Source of the DNA: a virus
DNA length: 64,000 bases
Virus record (IMG/VR): IMGVR_UViG_3300007511_001396
Location: 10,321 to 74,320 of that record
Direction: 5' to 3' (one strand)
The notes beneath the pieces were generated by a model. The model worked only from the letters and a program-made list of their open reading frames with translations. It did not search any database and was not told where the DNA came from. Below are positions 46,910 to 59,600 of this stretch, piece by piece; the stretch's first letter is position 1, and each line of letters opens with the position of its first letter. The position numbers and the translations under genes were made by a program.

Positions 46910-47281
46910 ATGGCCACCATTTCTTTTAAAGCACCAGCATCACTAGATAAATTAGATGGACTGACAATGCTATCAAGCATTGCCCCAACACTGAAACAAA
47001 ATTTAAAAATGTTGCTGCTGACAATGCCTGGCGAAAGAGTAATGACACCGGATTTTGGCTGTGGATTAAAGAGATTTCTATTTGAAATGCGAGCTTCGCC
47101 ACATCTTGTGTCAGATATTGAACAAACAATACGAGAACAGGTCGCAGCCTATATGCCGGTTATAAAGATAGATAGAATTATTTTTGATGACTTCAGCGGC
47201 GATGAGAATGCCTTGTCCGTTTCTATTTGGTACTCGGTTCCGTCATTAGCTATCTCGGATTCCATAATAACTACTATTTAG
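46910..47281 (+). CDS. Baseplate wedge protein, GPW/gp25 family
   Basis: QNLKMLLLTMPGERVMTPDFGCGLKRFLFE. Confidence 0.9.
   Translation: MATISFKAPASLDKLDGLTMLSSIAPTLKQNLKMLLLTMPGERVMTPDFGCGLKRFLFEMRASPHLVSDIEQTIREQVAAYMPVIKIDRIIFDDFSGDENALSVSIWYSVPSLAISDSIITTI
47272..47281 (+). promoter_or_regulatory. Candidate phage late promoter TACTATTTAG
   Basis: Precedes the GGAG RBS of the gp6-like baseplate gene; variant TGATATTTAG at 46882 precedes the gp25-like gene. Confidence 0.5.
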
Positions 47282-47295
47282 TTGGAGAGTAATAA

Positions 47296-49092
47296 ATGCC
47301 TGACGACCAAAAAAAGATTGTACCGATAGATTATACGGCTACCGAATATGAAGGTATTCGCAAAGAACTAAATCAATTGGCTGAGAGATTTTATCCGGAT
47401 ACCTTTAAAGACTTTTCGGAAGCGTCTTTTGGTGCCATTTTGTTAGATGCTGTTGCATATGTTGGAGACCAGTTGTCTTTTTACTTAGATTACAATGTTA
47501 ACGAAGCATTTTTGGATACAGCCTATCAATATAATAACATTTTGCGACATGGCCGTGCTATGGGCTACAAACACAAAGGTCGTTCCTCTACTTTTGGTAA
47601 AGTATCGTTGTTTGTACTTGTTCCAGCTACTTCTGTTGGCCTTGGTCCTGACCAGCGTTATATACCGATTATCAAAAGAGGAACCAGATTTTCATCTGAC
47701 TCGTCATTGAGTTTTATGTTGACAGAGAATGTTGATTTTGCTAATCCGTCAAATACAACAGTAGTTGCAAGGACAGACAACGCCACCGGAGCCCCGACTT
47801 ATTATGCTATTAAGGCATACGGTAATGTTGTTTCCGGACATATAGGGCAACAAAAAATAAGTGTAACTGACTATGAAAGATTTAAGCGTATTCGACTGAC
47901 TGCAGCCAATGTTAGTGAAATTATAAGTGTAACTGACTCTGAGGGTCGTGAATATTATGAAGTTGAAAACTTATCCCAAGATGTCATTTTTAAGGAAGTC
48001 CCGAATGATAATTTTAAAAATGATAATGTAGCTTCCATAGTGAAGCCATTTCTTGTCTCAAGAAAGTTTATTGTTGAACATGATAGGTTCAATACGTATT
48101 TGCAATTTGGCTCTGGAAGATCTGGCGAAACAGACATAGTCGCAGAACCACAGTCAATAGCAATGGATGTCTTCGGAAAAGATTATATTTCAGATACCTC
48201 ATTCGACCCGACGAGACTATCAAAGAATGAAAACTTTGGGATTGTGCCAACAAACACAACTTTAACAATTTCATTTCGAGTGACTAACCCAATGAGTTCA
48301 AACTCGGCTAGCAACTCAATCACCAATGTCTCGAAGGCTACATTTGAGTTTGCAGACAAAGAAAAGTTGTCCATTGAAACACTGAGAGACGTCAAAAACT
48401 CTCTAGAGGTCACAAACGAAGCCCCGATAATGGGTGACACTTCTGCTTTGTCGTCGGGTGAAGTAAAGCGACGAATACTAGACACTTTTCCGACGCAAAA
48501 TCGTGCTGTCACTAAAGCCGACTACGAGAACATAGCATACAGGATGCCTAGCAAATATGGCTCGCTAAAGAGAGTATCTGCCCAAAAGGATCCCAACTCT
48601 CTGAAAAGAAACCTCAACCTATATGTCATATCAGAGGACAATTATGGCAAGCTGATTGCAACTAATTCTACTATCAAAAATAATTTAAAGACTTGGCTTG
48701 AACATTATAGGATGATTAGTGATACAATCGATATCCTAGACACACATATTTTAAACTATGGGATTGAATTTATAGTCAGACCGCTTTCACAAGTAGATAA
48801 ATACGATCTGTTCAACAAATGTGTTGAAAAACTGAAAGAATATAATGCATCTGCTCTGTATATCGGGGAATCGATTAAAATAAGTGACATCTATGGTGCA
48901 CTCAGAGAAGTGCCTGGAGTAATGGACGTGGTATCAATTAAAATAATCAACAAACATTCTGGCAAATATTCTAATGTCAGAATAGACATTAACTCAAATA
49001 TGTCTCCTGATGGCGGATATGTAAAAATACCGAAGAATGTCATTGCGGAAATAAAGTTCCCAGACGATGATATTAAAGGAAAAATTAGATAA
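47296..49092 (+). CDS. Baseplate wedge subunit, T4 gp6/baseplate-J-like
   Basis: IDYT..EYE.IR..L, DFSEAS.G..LLD..AYVGD.LSFYLD, LQFGSG, QNRAVTKADY. Confidence 0.88.
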   Translation: MPDDQKKIVPIDYTATEYEGIRKELNQLAERFYPDTFKDFSEASFGAILLDAVAYVGDQLSFYLDYNVNEAFLDTAYQYNNILRHGRAMGYKHKGRSSTFGKVSLFVLVPATSVGLGPDQRYIPIIKRGTRFSSDSSLSFMLTENVDFANPSNTTVVARTDNATGAPTYYAIKAYGNVVSGHIGQQKISVTDYERFKRIRLTAANVSEIISVTDSEGREYYEVENLSQDVIFKEVPNDNFKNDNVASIVKPFLVSRKFIVEHDRFNTYLQFGSGRSGETDIVAEPQSIAMDVFGKDYISDTSFDPTRLSKNENFGIVPTNTTLTISFRVTNPMSSNSASNSITNVSKATFEFADKEKLSIETLRDVKNSLEVTNEAPIMGDTSALSSGEVKRRILDTFPTQNRAVTKADYENIAYRMPSKYGSLKRVSAQKDPNSLKRNLNLYVISEDNYGKLIATNSTIKNNLKTWLEHYRMISDTIDILDTHILNYGIEFIVRPLSQVDKYDLFNKCVEKLKEYNASALYIGESIKISDIYGALREVPGVMDVVSIKIINKHSGKYSNVRIDINSNMSPDGGYVKIPKNVIAEIKFPDDDIKGKIR

Positions 49093-50693
49093 TGGCGATT
49101 AAGCGATATACTGCTAGTGCAGACAACACAATTGTTAATGCTTTTAAATCAAACTTAAGAACTCGTGCTACTGGATCGAATGCTGGAGCAGCTGATGTTG
49201 TCGAAGTGTTTTCTATTTATGCCCGTCAAGCAACGGGCTCAACTGAACTATCACGTGTCTTGATGAAATTCCCTGTTGATTCTATCACTTCAGATCGCAA
49301 TGCTAGCACATTACCTGCAAGTGGCAGCGTTAGTTTTTATCTGAGGCTTTTTAACGCCCCACATGCTAAGACAACTCCTCAAGACTTTGAGTTGATGGTG
49401 TTACCCGTTTCTAGTTCTTGGCAGGAAGGGCATGGCCTAGATCTAGAGTCTTATAAAGATGAAACTAAAGGCAACATTGGCTCAAATTGGATGAGTGCTT
49501 CCAATTCTGCTGCTTGGAATACTGTCGGCGGAGATTTTCTAACGGGTTCAGATATTCCAATTTTTAGCCAATCGTTTTCAACTGGCCTCGAAGACATCGA
49601 AATAGATATAACATCGCTGGTAGAAAACTGGGTAGACGGCACAATAGATAATTATGGTGTAGGTATTCACCTATCTTCAAGTTATGAGGGTTATTATTCG
49701 AGCTCACTTGGAGTAGGTGTTCCGACTGGGAGTATATTGGACAACAGATCAGGTGCCACAGAATCATATTACACTAAGAGATTTTTCGCAAGAGGGACTC
49801 AATACTTTTTCCTTAAGCCAACAATTGAAGCTAGATGGGACTCACGACGTAATGATGATCGCGGTGATGCACAATACAGTAGCTCTTTGGCGAACACAGA
49901 AGACAACCTCAATACTCTCTATTTATATAATTATGTGAGAGGGGCTCTTGCTGACATCCCATCAGCGTCTACTGGTTCAATTTATGTTAGCCTATACTCT
50001 GGGTCGGCAAACAATTCTGCGCCGTCAGGCAGTGCCCTGCGCTTACCTACAACACTCCCACACTCTAATGTGGGCACCAATAATCAATATGTAGTAACAG
50101 GCGGCTGGGTTGAGACAGGAATGTATACCGCATCGTTTGCCATCACGGCTGCAATGACCCCAATAAACACAGTCTTTGATGTTTGGCATGACGGAACCGG
50201 CGATGCTGGCTCAACTGGAGCACTAGTTTCCGATAACAGCGTCCAATTCTCTACATCATCTTTTAAGCCAGCATCCTTGGTGTCAGCACAGACCACTAAG
50301 CGACCAACTTATTATTTAAATATCACCAACTTGCAAGATAAATATCGTAGCGATGAGACTGCTAGACTTGATCTCTTTGTGAGGAATAAAAATTGGAGTC
50401 CGACAATATACACAGTTGCTACAAACAAAGTAGAGTCCACTACAATCCACAGCGCATCTTACAGAGTATTCCGCTTACTTGATGCATATGAAGCAATTCC
50501 ATATGGCACTGGCTCAGAAATGAGTACTGCCCTGTCTTACGATGTATCAGGCAGTTATTTTGATTTTGATATGAGCTTATTGGAAGCTGGTTATGCTTAT
50601 GCATTTAAGTTTTCATTTTATGACTCAAGTCGTAAATCTTGGATAGAGCAACAAGAAATGTTTAAATTTAGAGTAGAAGAATATGAGTATTAA
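49092..50693 (+). CDS. Virion structural protein (DNRLRE-like beta-sandwich N-terminus), Ser/Thr-rich
   Basis: ADNTI..SRVLMKF..LRLF..W.EG.G..IDIT.LVENW pattern; about 20 [ST][GAS]S triplets. Confidence 0.6.
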   Translation: MAIKRYTASADNTIVNAFKSNLRTRATGSNAGAADVVEVFSIYARQATGSTELSRVLMKFPVDSITSDRNASTLPASGSVSFYLRLFNAPHAKTTPQDFELMVLPVSSSWQEGHGLDLESYKDETKGNIGSNWMSASNSAAWNTVGGDFLTGSDIPIFSQSFSTGLEDIEIDITSLVENWVDGTIDNYGVGIHLSSSYEGYYSSSLGVGVPTGSILDNRSGATESYYTKRFFARGTQYFFLKPTIEARWDSRRNDDRGDAQYSSSLANTEDNLNTLYLYNYVRGALADIPSASTGSIYVSLYSGSANNSAPSGSALRLPTTLPHSNVGTNNQYVVTGGWVETGMYTASFAITAAMTPINTVFDVWHDGTGDAGSTGALVSDNSVQFSTSSFKPASLVSAQTTKRPTYYLNITNLQDKYRSDETARLDLFVRNKNWSPTIYTVATNKVESTTIHSASYRVFRLLDAYEAIPYGTGSEMSTALSYDVSGSYFDFDMSLLEAGYAYAFKFSFYDSSRKSWIEQQEMFKFRVEEYEY

Positions 50694-53600
50694 AAAGCTT
50701 TTCAATCCATCTGAAAAATCAAAAAATTACTTATCTGACACAACGAACAAAGAAGCCTTTTCTGATGTTGAGTCAAAACATAATGTGAATGAAATAGTTT
50801 CTTCTCGGAAGGGGCATACGCCACAAGTAGATTACTCCAATCCCGCAAACTTTGCAAGATACGGCTCGGCCTACCTTTATTATCAAACAGCTATTGAAAA
50901 GATTCATAATACGTATCCATATGATGGCTCTCATTTAGAGAAGAATAAATTTCTTAATGAAGCTTTGGACATCGATAAATACATTCTTGATAACCTCTAT
51001 CCACGAACAAATGGATATGCCCGTTTAAGCAATAGCGGATGGGGAACTAGACAAGGTGCCCAGCGCGATGGGTATGGGCTATCAGACTCTATTGAGTACA
51101 TATCTTTTTTTGGCGGACCTGGCACTGGATCATATACAGGCTCTTTGCAAAATATGTTTCCGGATTCGTCCACGACAGCTAGGGCATCGACAAATATTTA
51201 TGATTCCGACATTTACACAACAGAGGGTCTTGTTTCTGACTATGGAGTGGCAACAAGAGAATCAAATCTCAAGAGTGATTTCGATATAGGCGTTACAGTA
51301 GAATTTTGGTTAAAGAAACCAGCTTTCTCAACGAGCGATACGGAAAAAGAAATAATATTAGACATCTGGAACAACGAACTGTCCAGTAGTTCTGACTATG
51401 GTCGCATTTCTATTGCATTAACTGGCGGTGCAGGTAGTCCGTTCGTATTAACTGCTCAATCAGGCTCCACGGGTATATTCGAACAAAGTATAGGCTCAGG
51501 CGTTAGTACATCTTCTCTGACATCTTGGCAACATTATGCTCTGTCTTTTGAAAACTCTGGAAGCTCTTTTCACACCAAGCTTTATATAAATGGCAAATTG
51601 AACGACTCAAATAGTGTAGCTAGTACAATCAACAAGCTTCAATCAAAAAACATAATGGGTCGCATAGGTTCACTTATTACTTCCCCGTCAGGATCTTCGG
51701 CAGCCGCTGGTTGGGGCAAATTGAGCGGCTCACTAGATGAGTTTAGATTTTGGAAAACCTCTAGAACTCCCGAACAAATAGATAGAAATTGGTTCTCCCC
51801 AGTCTATGGCGGCTCAAACGTTGATATCAACAACGCCGACTTAGGTCTTTATTATAAATTTAACGAGGGAATATCAGGGGATTCTACGATAGATTCCAGC
51901 GTCTTGGATTATTCTGGCAGAGTATCCAATGGCTCTTGGTTTGGTTACGCTGTTGGAAACAGAAGTACTGACTCTGCTATATTGGAATCGTCTGCCTCAT
52001 CTTCTGAATTCAAAGATCCTATCATTTATGCAACTCATCCCGATGTTGTATCACTGAAGTCATCTTTGTTAGAACGAGGCTCCTTTCATGACAACAACAA
52101 CAACGGAACTTTCTCAACACTGTTACCGTCTTGGGTAACAGAAGAAGAATCAGAATCAAAAACAACAGATACTAAAAAAATATCACATATTGTTGGAGCC
52201 TATTTCGATAAACTGTATCTTCAAATAGAGTCTCTTAATTCGATAAAGAGTCCAACTTATACTAGTGCATCTCATGCTCCATATTCATTTGCTTCTCATT
52301 TACCGCAGTCAATGGGTCTATATGTACCAGAAATCTTCATAGATGCTGACGTGATGGAGAAAATGCTAAATCGCAATAATGATAAATTGTTTGAGGGCGA
52401 CTTAGAAGAGACTAAAAACTTAATTTATCAAAATTTATACAACAACTTGACTCACATTTACAAAAGTAAGGGAACTGAACGCTCAATAAGAAACGTTTTA
52501 CGCTGTTTCAACGTAGATGAACGATTGGTTCGATTGGGAGTATACTCTGATGGCCAAACGTATGAACTCAAGAATAATCTAAAACAGACACTCAGAAACG
52601 ACAACCTATTGAACTTCAATCGATCTGGTAATGTAGGTGCAGTAGTTTATCAAGCTGTGAGCGCATCATCTCAAGACACTGGCGATTTTATTTCTGGCAG
52701 TTTGATAGCTGGCCAAGAAGACAAGTATGGCTTTACAATGGAGGCAAATGTTGTCTTCCCGTCGTTTCTATCCGACTCAGATCAAGTTGACAGAAACACA
52801 ACGACCATCTCGCTGTTCGGCTTAAATTCACCAGATATCATTAACCGTTCAGATACCACTTGGCAATCTGTTGATTCCTCTAACTTTGAAGTATATGCAA
52901 TCAGAGATGATCGAAATTCAAAGAACGTATATTTTAAACTCACCTCATCTAACGATCCGTTCCCTATGCCAGAATTGACAAGTAGTGTCTTCTTTGGAGT
53001 CTATGATGACGAACGTTGGAACATCTCAGTAAGACTGAAACCTGACAAATACCCAACTGCTGATATTGTTTCTGGCTCAGATGATTACAAATACACTCTA
53101 GAATTCAGAGGCACCAACACAATACTTGGCGCTCCAAGAAATACTTTTATGCTGACAGCTTCAGTGACACAAGATATAGGCCGAAGCTTCTTAAAGGGAG
53201 CAAAGCGAGCTTATATTGGTGCTCGGCGAACAAACGTTACCGGAGCACTGTTGGTGTCATCAGATGTACAATTTTCTAATTTAAAATATTGGACAAAGTA
53301 TATCGATGACTCTGACTTAAATCAGCATGCAGTAGACATTGATAACAAGGGAATTTCGAAAGCATATCGTTCAATATCTCCGCTTGACCCAGAAGCTCGC
53401 CGTTTTGAGATCACTAATCAAAATACCTTAGCACTAGATTGGAATTTTAATAATATAACTGGCTCTGGTCCGTCTGGAGAACTGTATGTGCAAGACATTA
53501 GCTCTGGCTCACTTGATATGCGAAACAATTATGGCTGGATAGGTAATGTTGTCGGCTATCAACACACTGGTTATGGCTACGGGTTTGACACAAATTCAAC

Positions 53601-56600
53601 TGATGTGATAGCAAGGATTCCCATAAACTCATATAGATTTATAGATCCAGAGACTCCGATAGCATCAGAGATGGTACAAATTTTATCTGAAGATGATCGA
53701 CTAAAGAACATTATTGATGATATTCCAAGCTTTTTCTACACCATTGAAAAGAGCATGTATAATGCTGTCTCTGAAGAGATGTTAGACTTTTTTGCTGGAG
53801 CCGTTGACTTCAATAATGTCATAGGCGAACCAGTAAACAGATATCGGGGACGTTACAAATCGCTTGAGAAATTAAGGGAGTCTTTCTTCCGAAGAGTCTC
53901 TGTAATGTCTGACGTAGAGAAATATATTGAATATTATAAATGGTTCGATGATGCGCTGGCTACAATAATATCACAACTGCTACCAGCTTCTGCGGAATTA
54001 GTGGGAAACACTATGAATGTGGTCGAGAGCCATGTCTTAGAAAGAAATAAATATCAAAACAAATTTCCTACGATTGAATTTAAGCCTAAAGAGCCTATTT
54101 CACCAATGTTGGGACTTAGAGAAAAATTATACAACTGGCGCTTAAATCATCACCCCATAACAGACAACCAAGGAACAAACTTACCTTGGTGGTTAGAGAG
54201 AGCCAACAGAGAAGACAATTCTACCATAGACTCTGGAGTGGCCGACATAAACACCCAAAGAGAAAAAATCCGTAGCATTGTTGAAAACAACAATGATCAC
54301 TCGGCCAGCTTACTGACAACAAGCGATGGCACCGGTTATTATGGTTCCACATTTGTGTTACGTAATCTATCAAAACCATACAAGGTAGACATTATTCGCT
54401 CTAAAGCATATGGCGGCGGAACCAATTTCGATGATAATAAAAATATTCACTTTACATATGCAGCAGTAGCTCCCGCTGGGCCAGTTAATCGCGATGATGG
54501 TGTATACGTGCCACAGAATGTTGTGGTTGCTTTTACGACAGATGTAGCAGAAGATAATGCTGATCCACACCGAGTTATACCCCCCAATGAAAAGAAAAAA
54601 AGATTCTTTAAAACTCAGCATGGTCGTGACTGGGAAGATGGCTATGGCTATTCAAATGTTAAATCGTCTTTTGTTTTTCCTTTTAATGTTATAAGTTCGT
54701 CAGTAATATCGGGATACAATAGCCAAGTAGTTGAACGTGTCACTTCTAGTATCACTATCACTAATGTCCACAATGATGTCTATGGCCCAGATATGGAAAA
54801 ACCGCTCCAAGGTCCGTTTACTGAAGCAACGGTAGGTGGTCACCAATCTCGTCACATTGATTTAAATACAGGAACAGATGATTATAAAAGCCGACCCGAG
54901 GCTTGGAAAATTCTATTGGGACAATGTTCTAGTCAAACTGGTGTTTCTGGCGCACTTGGTATGGTCGGACCAGATTACCCATGGCCAGAAGCCAACGCAG
55001 TAGATCAAAATCCATATCCAATGACTGCCTCGCAGAAAGCTGTATATTTTCGAGATCATATGGCAAAACGCCCAGTTAACATTAGAAATATTGAATACAC
55101 AACAGCATCAGCTTCACCTGGAAACTTTACAAAAAACTATCAAGTAGTGAACACTGTTGGAGGTTATTCTAACCCACGTCAGTTCATTGAAAATCAGCCA
55201 ACATTACCCTCGCAAATAACTGACAATAGCTTTACTTCACAAGGAAGAACCTTTTTCGACATACATCGACAAGCACCAGCAGACTCAATTTTGGAAGCGA
55301 TACCATCAGCGGATAAATCAGACAGACATTTTGAACTAGTTCCTTCATATTCAGTTGGATACCGAGAGGGAACAAAAAATAAAACAGTCATTGTAAGCAG
55401 ATTTGGCGCACCTGGTGGCATAGAAACAATGGGTGGCTATACTGATATTCGTTCTGGAGAGTTTTCTGTCTATAACGCATTAAATTACAGAAACTTGTCA
55501 GTTCAAAAGCCATCTCAGGGGCCTTCAGGCTCACATTCTGAGTCTGGCTCGATTGCTGGAACTGCTGGAATAAAAGTTTATGATATTCATGGTAAAGATT
55601 ATGGACTCCGGTCACACTTATCAAGACACACTGCTCGTTTCGGTCGCGACTCCGTATTTGAAATAGAAGAGGGCAAAAGCTATGATGAGCTGCCGGGATT
55701 CCACAAGGTTCACAGAAACAATACTTTAAAGATTGTACCGATAGAAAACGAATCTTCTATTGAGGAGCCACAATTTGTAGGACTAAATTCAGATCGCGGC
55801 ATTGAGTTCCGTACTCTGAGTGCTAGTGCCCACCTTCAGAATACCAAGTTAGAGCATACTGGTGCCTTCGGCGGCCACCCCTCGGACGAATTACGGATTT
55901 TCACATTTGCAGGATGGATAAAGCCGCAGGATGTTAGTGCCGATCAATGGATCATTTATCTTGGCCGCTCAAATAGCGGTGATCGCAGCTTATGGATTGA
56001 TAGCTCTAATAAGCTTAATTTAAAGGTCAAACACTCTACAACACATGGAGAGTGGATAACAGACGTCGGCATCAATAACAGCCAATGGCAACATTTTGTC
56101 ATATCATATGATAGTTCGGACAATTCCAATGATCCTGTGTTTTACATCAATGGTGCAGCAGTGAGTATTACTGAGAATTCTACACCAAGTGGCACTGCTA
56201 CAGCTATATCTGATCATCAAAACATTGGCTCAAAAAAGACATCTACCAGTACATTAGAGGGCTCACTAGATGAGATTGTTATTTATGAAGTGGCTCTGTC
56301 TGCATCCCAAGCTGCAACAATTTATAATTCTGATAACATTTACGATTTCACCGCTTCTGTTGCTCCAGCGACTGCAAGCTTGCTCACATGGCTTCGAATG
56401 GGAGAACATGCTAACGATCCTGCAGCACCGATTGCTGGTTCAACTCACATTTATGATGTTATGGATAATAACGAGTTTAAGGTTATTGGCGCTAATAACG
56501 ACGCCGCCTATGACACAGCAGTCAAGGACGTCGGTACCACGACAACAAGATTCTTTTATACGACTTATTTAACTTCATCTCGAAATGACAATTTCTATGT

Positions 56601-59600
56601 TCAACACCCTATTCCGCGTTCAGATCGACAATATGCTTGGGTAACTAACTCTTTGGCCGACAACACTGACGACATTAGATATTATGGATATGCCCCAACG
56701 GTTGGCCCTGCCGCTGGTTACTACTCAGGATCAGCGGACTACTCTCACTTCTTTGATTATGTTGATGGGAGCGAGGTGACAGCATCCTCTAATACATCTT
56801 TAATACAGCCAACAACTAGATTAAATATTTTAACACTTGACCCAGTGGGCGATAGCGACTCAACTGGATTCGCTAACTCTATTGGGGTAGGCTCATCAGA
56901 AGACAATTCTAGCTATGTAAACACCACACTGACAGAAAAGCTTGGCATATCTGCTAGCATAAATCCCGCAACTTCTGTAGGATATTTAAATCTTTTATTA
57001 AACCGTAGAGGCTCCACATATGGTTGGAGCTGGAACAGTGCTAGATCAAGTGATCATCCAATTTTAGAAAAAGAAAAAATAGACAATAAAATAAGCATAT
57101 ATGACGATAACGTTATAAAATCATACACTATGTCTCCAGTGTCAAGGCGCGGCCACCCTTTATTATTAAACTTAGACATTGATAACGAGAACACAACTCT
57201 GGTAGCGACTTACAATAATCGCAATATATTCTTCAATACGGCAGATTTAGATGATATTGTTTTAGGTACATCAATAAATCAAGCACCGCCAGTAGTAGAT
57301 CAAATATTGGCCATAACAAACGCAAGTGAAGAATTTAATTTAAAGTGGGCAGTCTATAAAGAAACACTATTTCCACCACTGAAAAGAGAGTATCAATCAG
57401 ATTTACTAGAGCGCAAATCTTACGATAACAAGATGTGGCGTTCTGATCCAGATGAAAGGGTTCGAGTAGGTTCGGTTACTGTTAGCTTGAACTCGTTTGG
57501 AGTAGCTGTGTCGCAGAGTTGCTGGCCACTAGACGCCCCACAAGGCTTCTTGACTCGTTCAGGCCCACCAACAATAGATGTTTTGGACGGAAGTTCACTC
57601 CTTCATTTAACACAATCGGCAGGTGAGTTACAAAATTGTTACTTCCATATTATGACCGGTAGCGCCCGAGATATCCCGTATGCTCAGCGAGCCGTGACAG
57701 CTAAGTTGTCAGCTTCTGCTCTTTATGCACGCAAACATTGTTTGTCAAATCCCCAATCAGTGGTTGCTCCAACTGGGCCACGTATAGCTGAGACAGGCTC
57801 AAAGACTAATTTTTACACTGATCATATTGAAAAATATGCAGGCGAAGCTATGTGGGAAGCCCCCGAACAAGCTGGGATAATAGAAATAATAGATGGTACA
57901 AAAACATTTGTATCATATCCATCTGAGCCTTGGTTCACAGATTATGATGCATTCAAATATGAACTAGATGTAGTGTCGAAAGACTATGCAGTTATACCCG
58001 AATTTAGAATAAGTAAACACGTGGAAGACTTTACTGTACTTGGCCTCAACAACGACTCAAAGCAAGATATATTTGAAATTCCTGGAACATCATTAGATAG
58101 CTCACAAGATACATTTTATACTGATTACTCAAATTCAGACTTCATGGAAGGCTTTTTGGGAATCAAAGATAAAATTGGTTTAGAACCGTCAGAAATTAAG
58201 TTAACTTGTAAAGCAACAATGCGATTTAATCCATATAAAGGATTCTACCCAGTGCAAAGAACATTGGACCTAATATCTCAATTTTCTAAATCATATGGGA
58301 GCGGCATCTCTGCCTACCACACAGATTCCAGTACTTACGAGACTAGACTAGATGGCGGGGCAAGCGGAATGATGAGAGCCATGTACTCTCCGGGTATCTT
58401 ATTTAATTCAATAAAATCTGGCATAGCAGTAGATTATCCTATAACAACAGATGGCGCAAGACTGAAGTATGACTGGTATGGAATAGACTCTGAACAAGGC
58501 GATTGGATGATTACCAATAACTACAATGTGGCCAATCCTCGCATAAGTCGTGGATACAGAGGCGGCTCATATTGGACTGAGCGTGTTCCCTTTGAAGCTA
58601 TCATAGAACCAGGGGAGCACATATCAAATACTACTTTTTATTCTGTGGAGCCAGACAAATCAGCATCAACACTTCGGGCCGTTAGTACTTTAGATTCTGC
58701 TGGCTCTGATGGGCTATATTCTCTTATGGCAAATAACTTTTTTGGCGAAGTGGGCAACTTTTTCCTCAAAGATAATTCTTTTACTACCTTAGAGTCAGAA
58801 ATGGTCACAGATGATCTTAAATTTGAAGAAGGTGATGTTTATTTCGCTAGGTTGACATTGGCGCGTTCCACGCAGGGTCCAAGAACTTATCAATACGAAT
58901 CCGGTGCATCTGGGGATAATATATATTACTCGCATTGGGGCGGCAAACCAGGCTATGATCCAAACTATTATTATAGCGATGGATATTTTCCACTACCACA
59001 AGACCCTAGACAAAATCCAGACTTTAAGGAAACGTTTACAATGTACAGTAGACCAAGTGCCTTTGGCCCACCTTGTTCGGGAAGACCTTCTAGAGTTGGT
59101 GCTGTGACATCTTCTGCGGTTATGGCTTCTTCTCCGGTAGATTCAATGTCTGGCTTTAATTGGTCTTTTACTCCTCCGTATACAAATGGCGAAGCTTGGG
59201 TTGACTTTATCTTTAGACCTTCTGCTTCTGTAGATTATGACTTAGAGAAAATATTAGCAGAAACTAAAACAGTTCATTGGCGCTGCGATCCTGGGATGAG
59301 CTCTTCTTGGAGTTATTATGACGGGTCAAGTTTTCAAGGCACCCCTGGAACTAGATTAATAGCTACGTTTAGTGGTTCGTATAATTTTGGTTCTGGTGAC
59401 GCCTCTGGTGTAAACGACACAGGGGATCTAATCTATGATGGAGCTAATGTTAATCAGAATGCTATGCAAATAAGCGCAAGCCTAAATTATAAGGGAATAA
59501 AGAGAGTCACCAGAGAGAGAACACAGAGAGGCGTACAAACATCTAGAGAAAACGAAACAGTGGGTATGAAATGGATCATACAACCAAAATGGGAAACACC

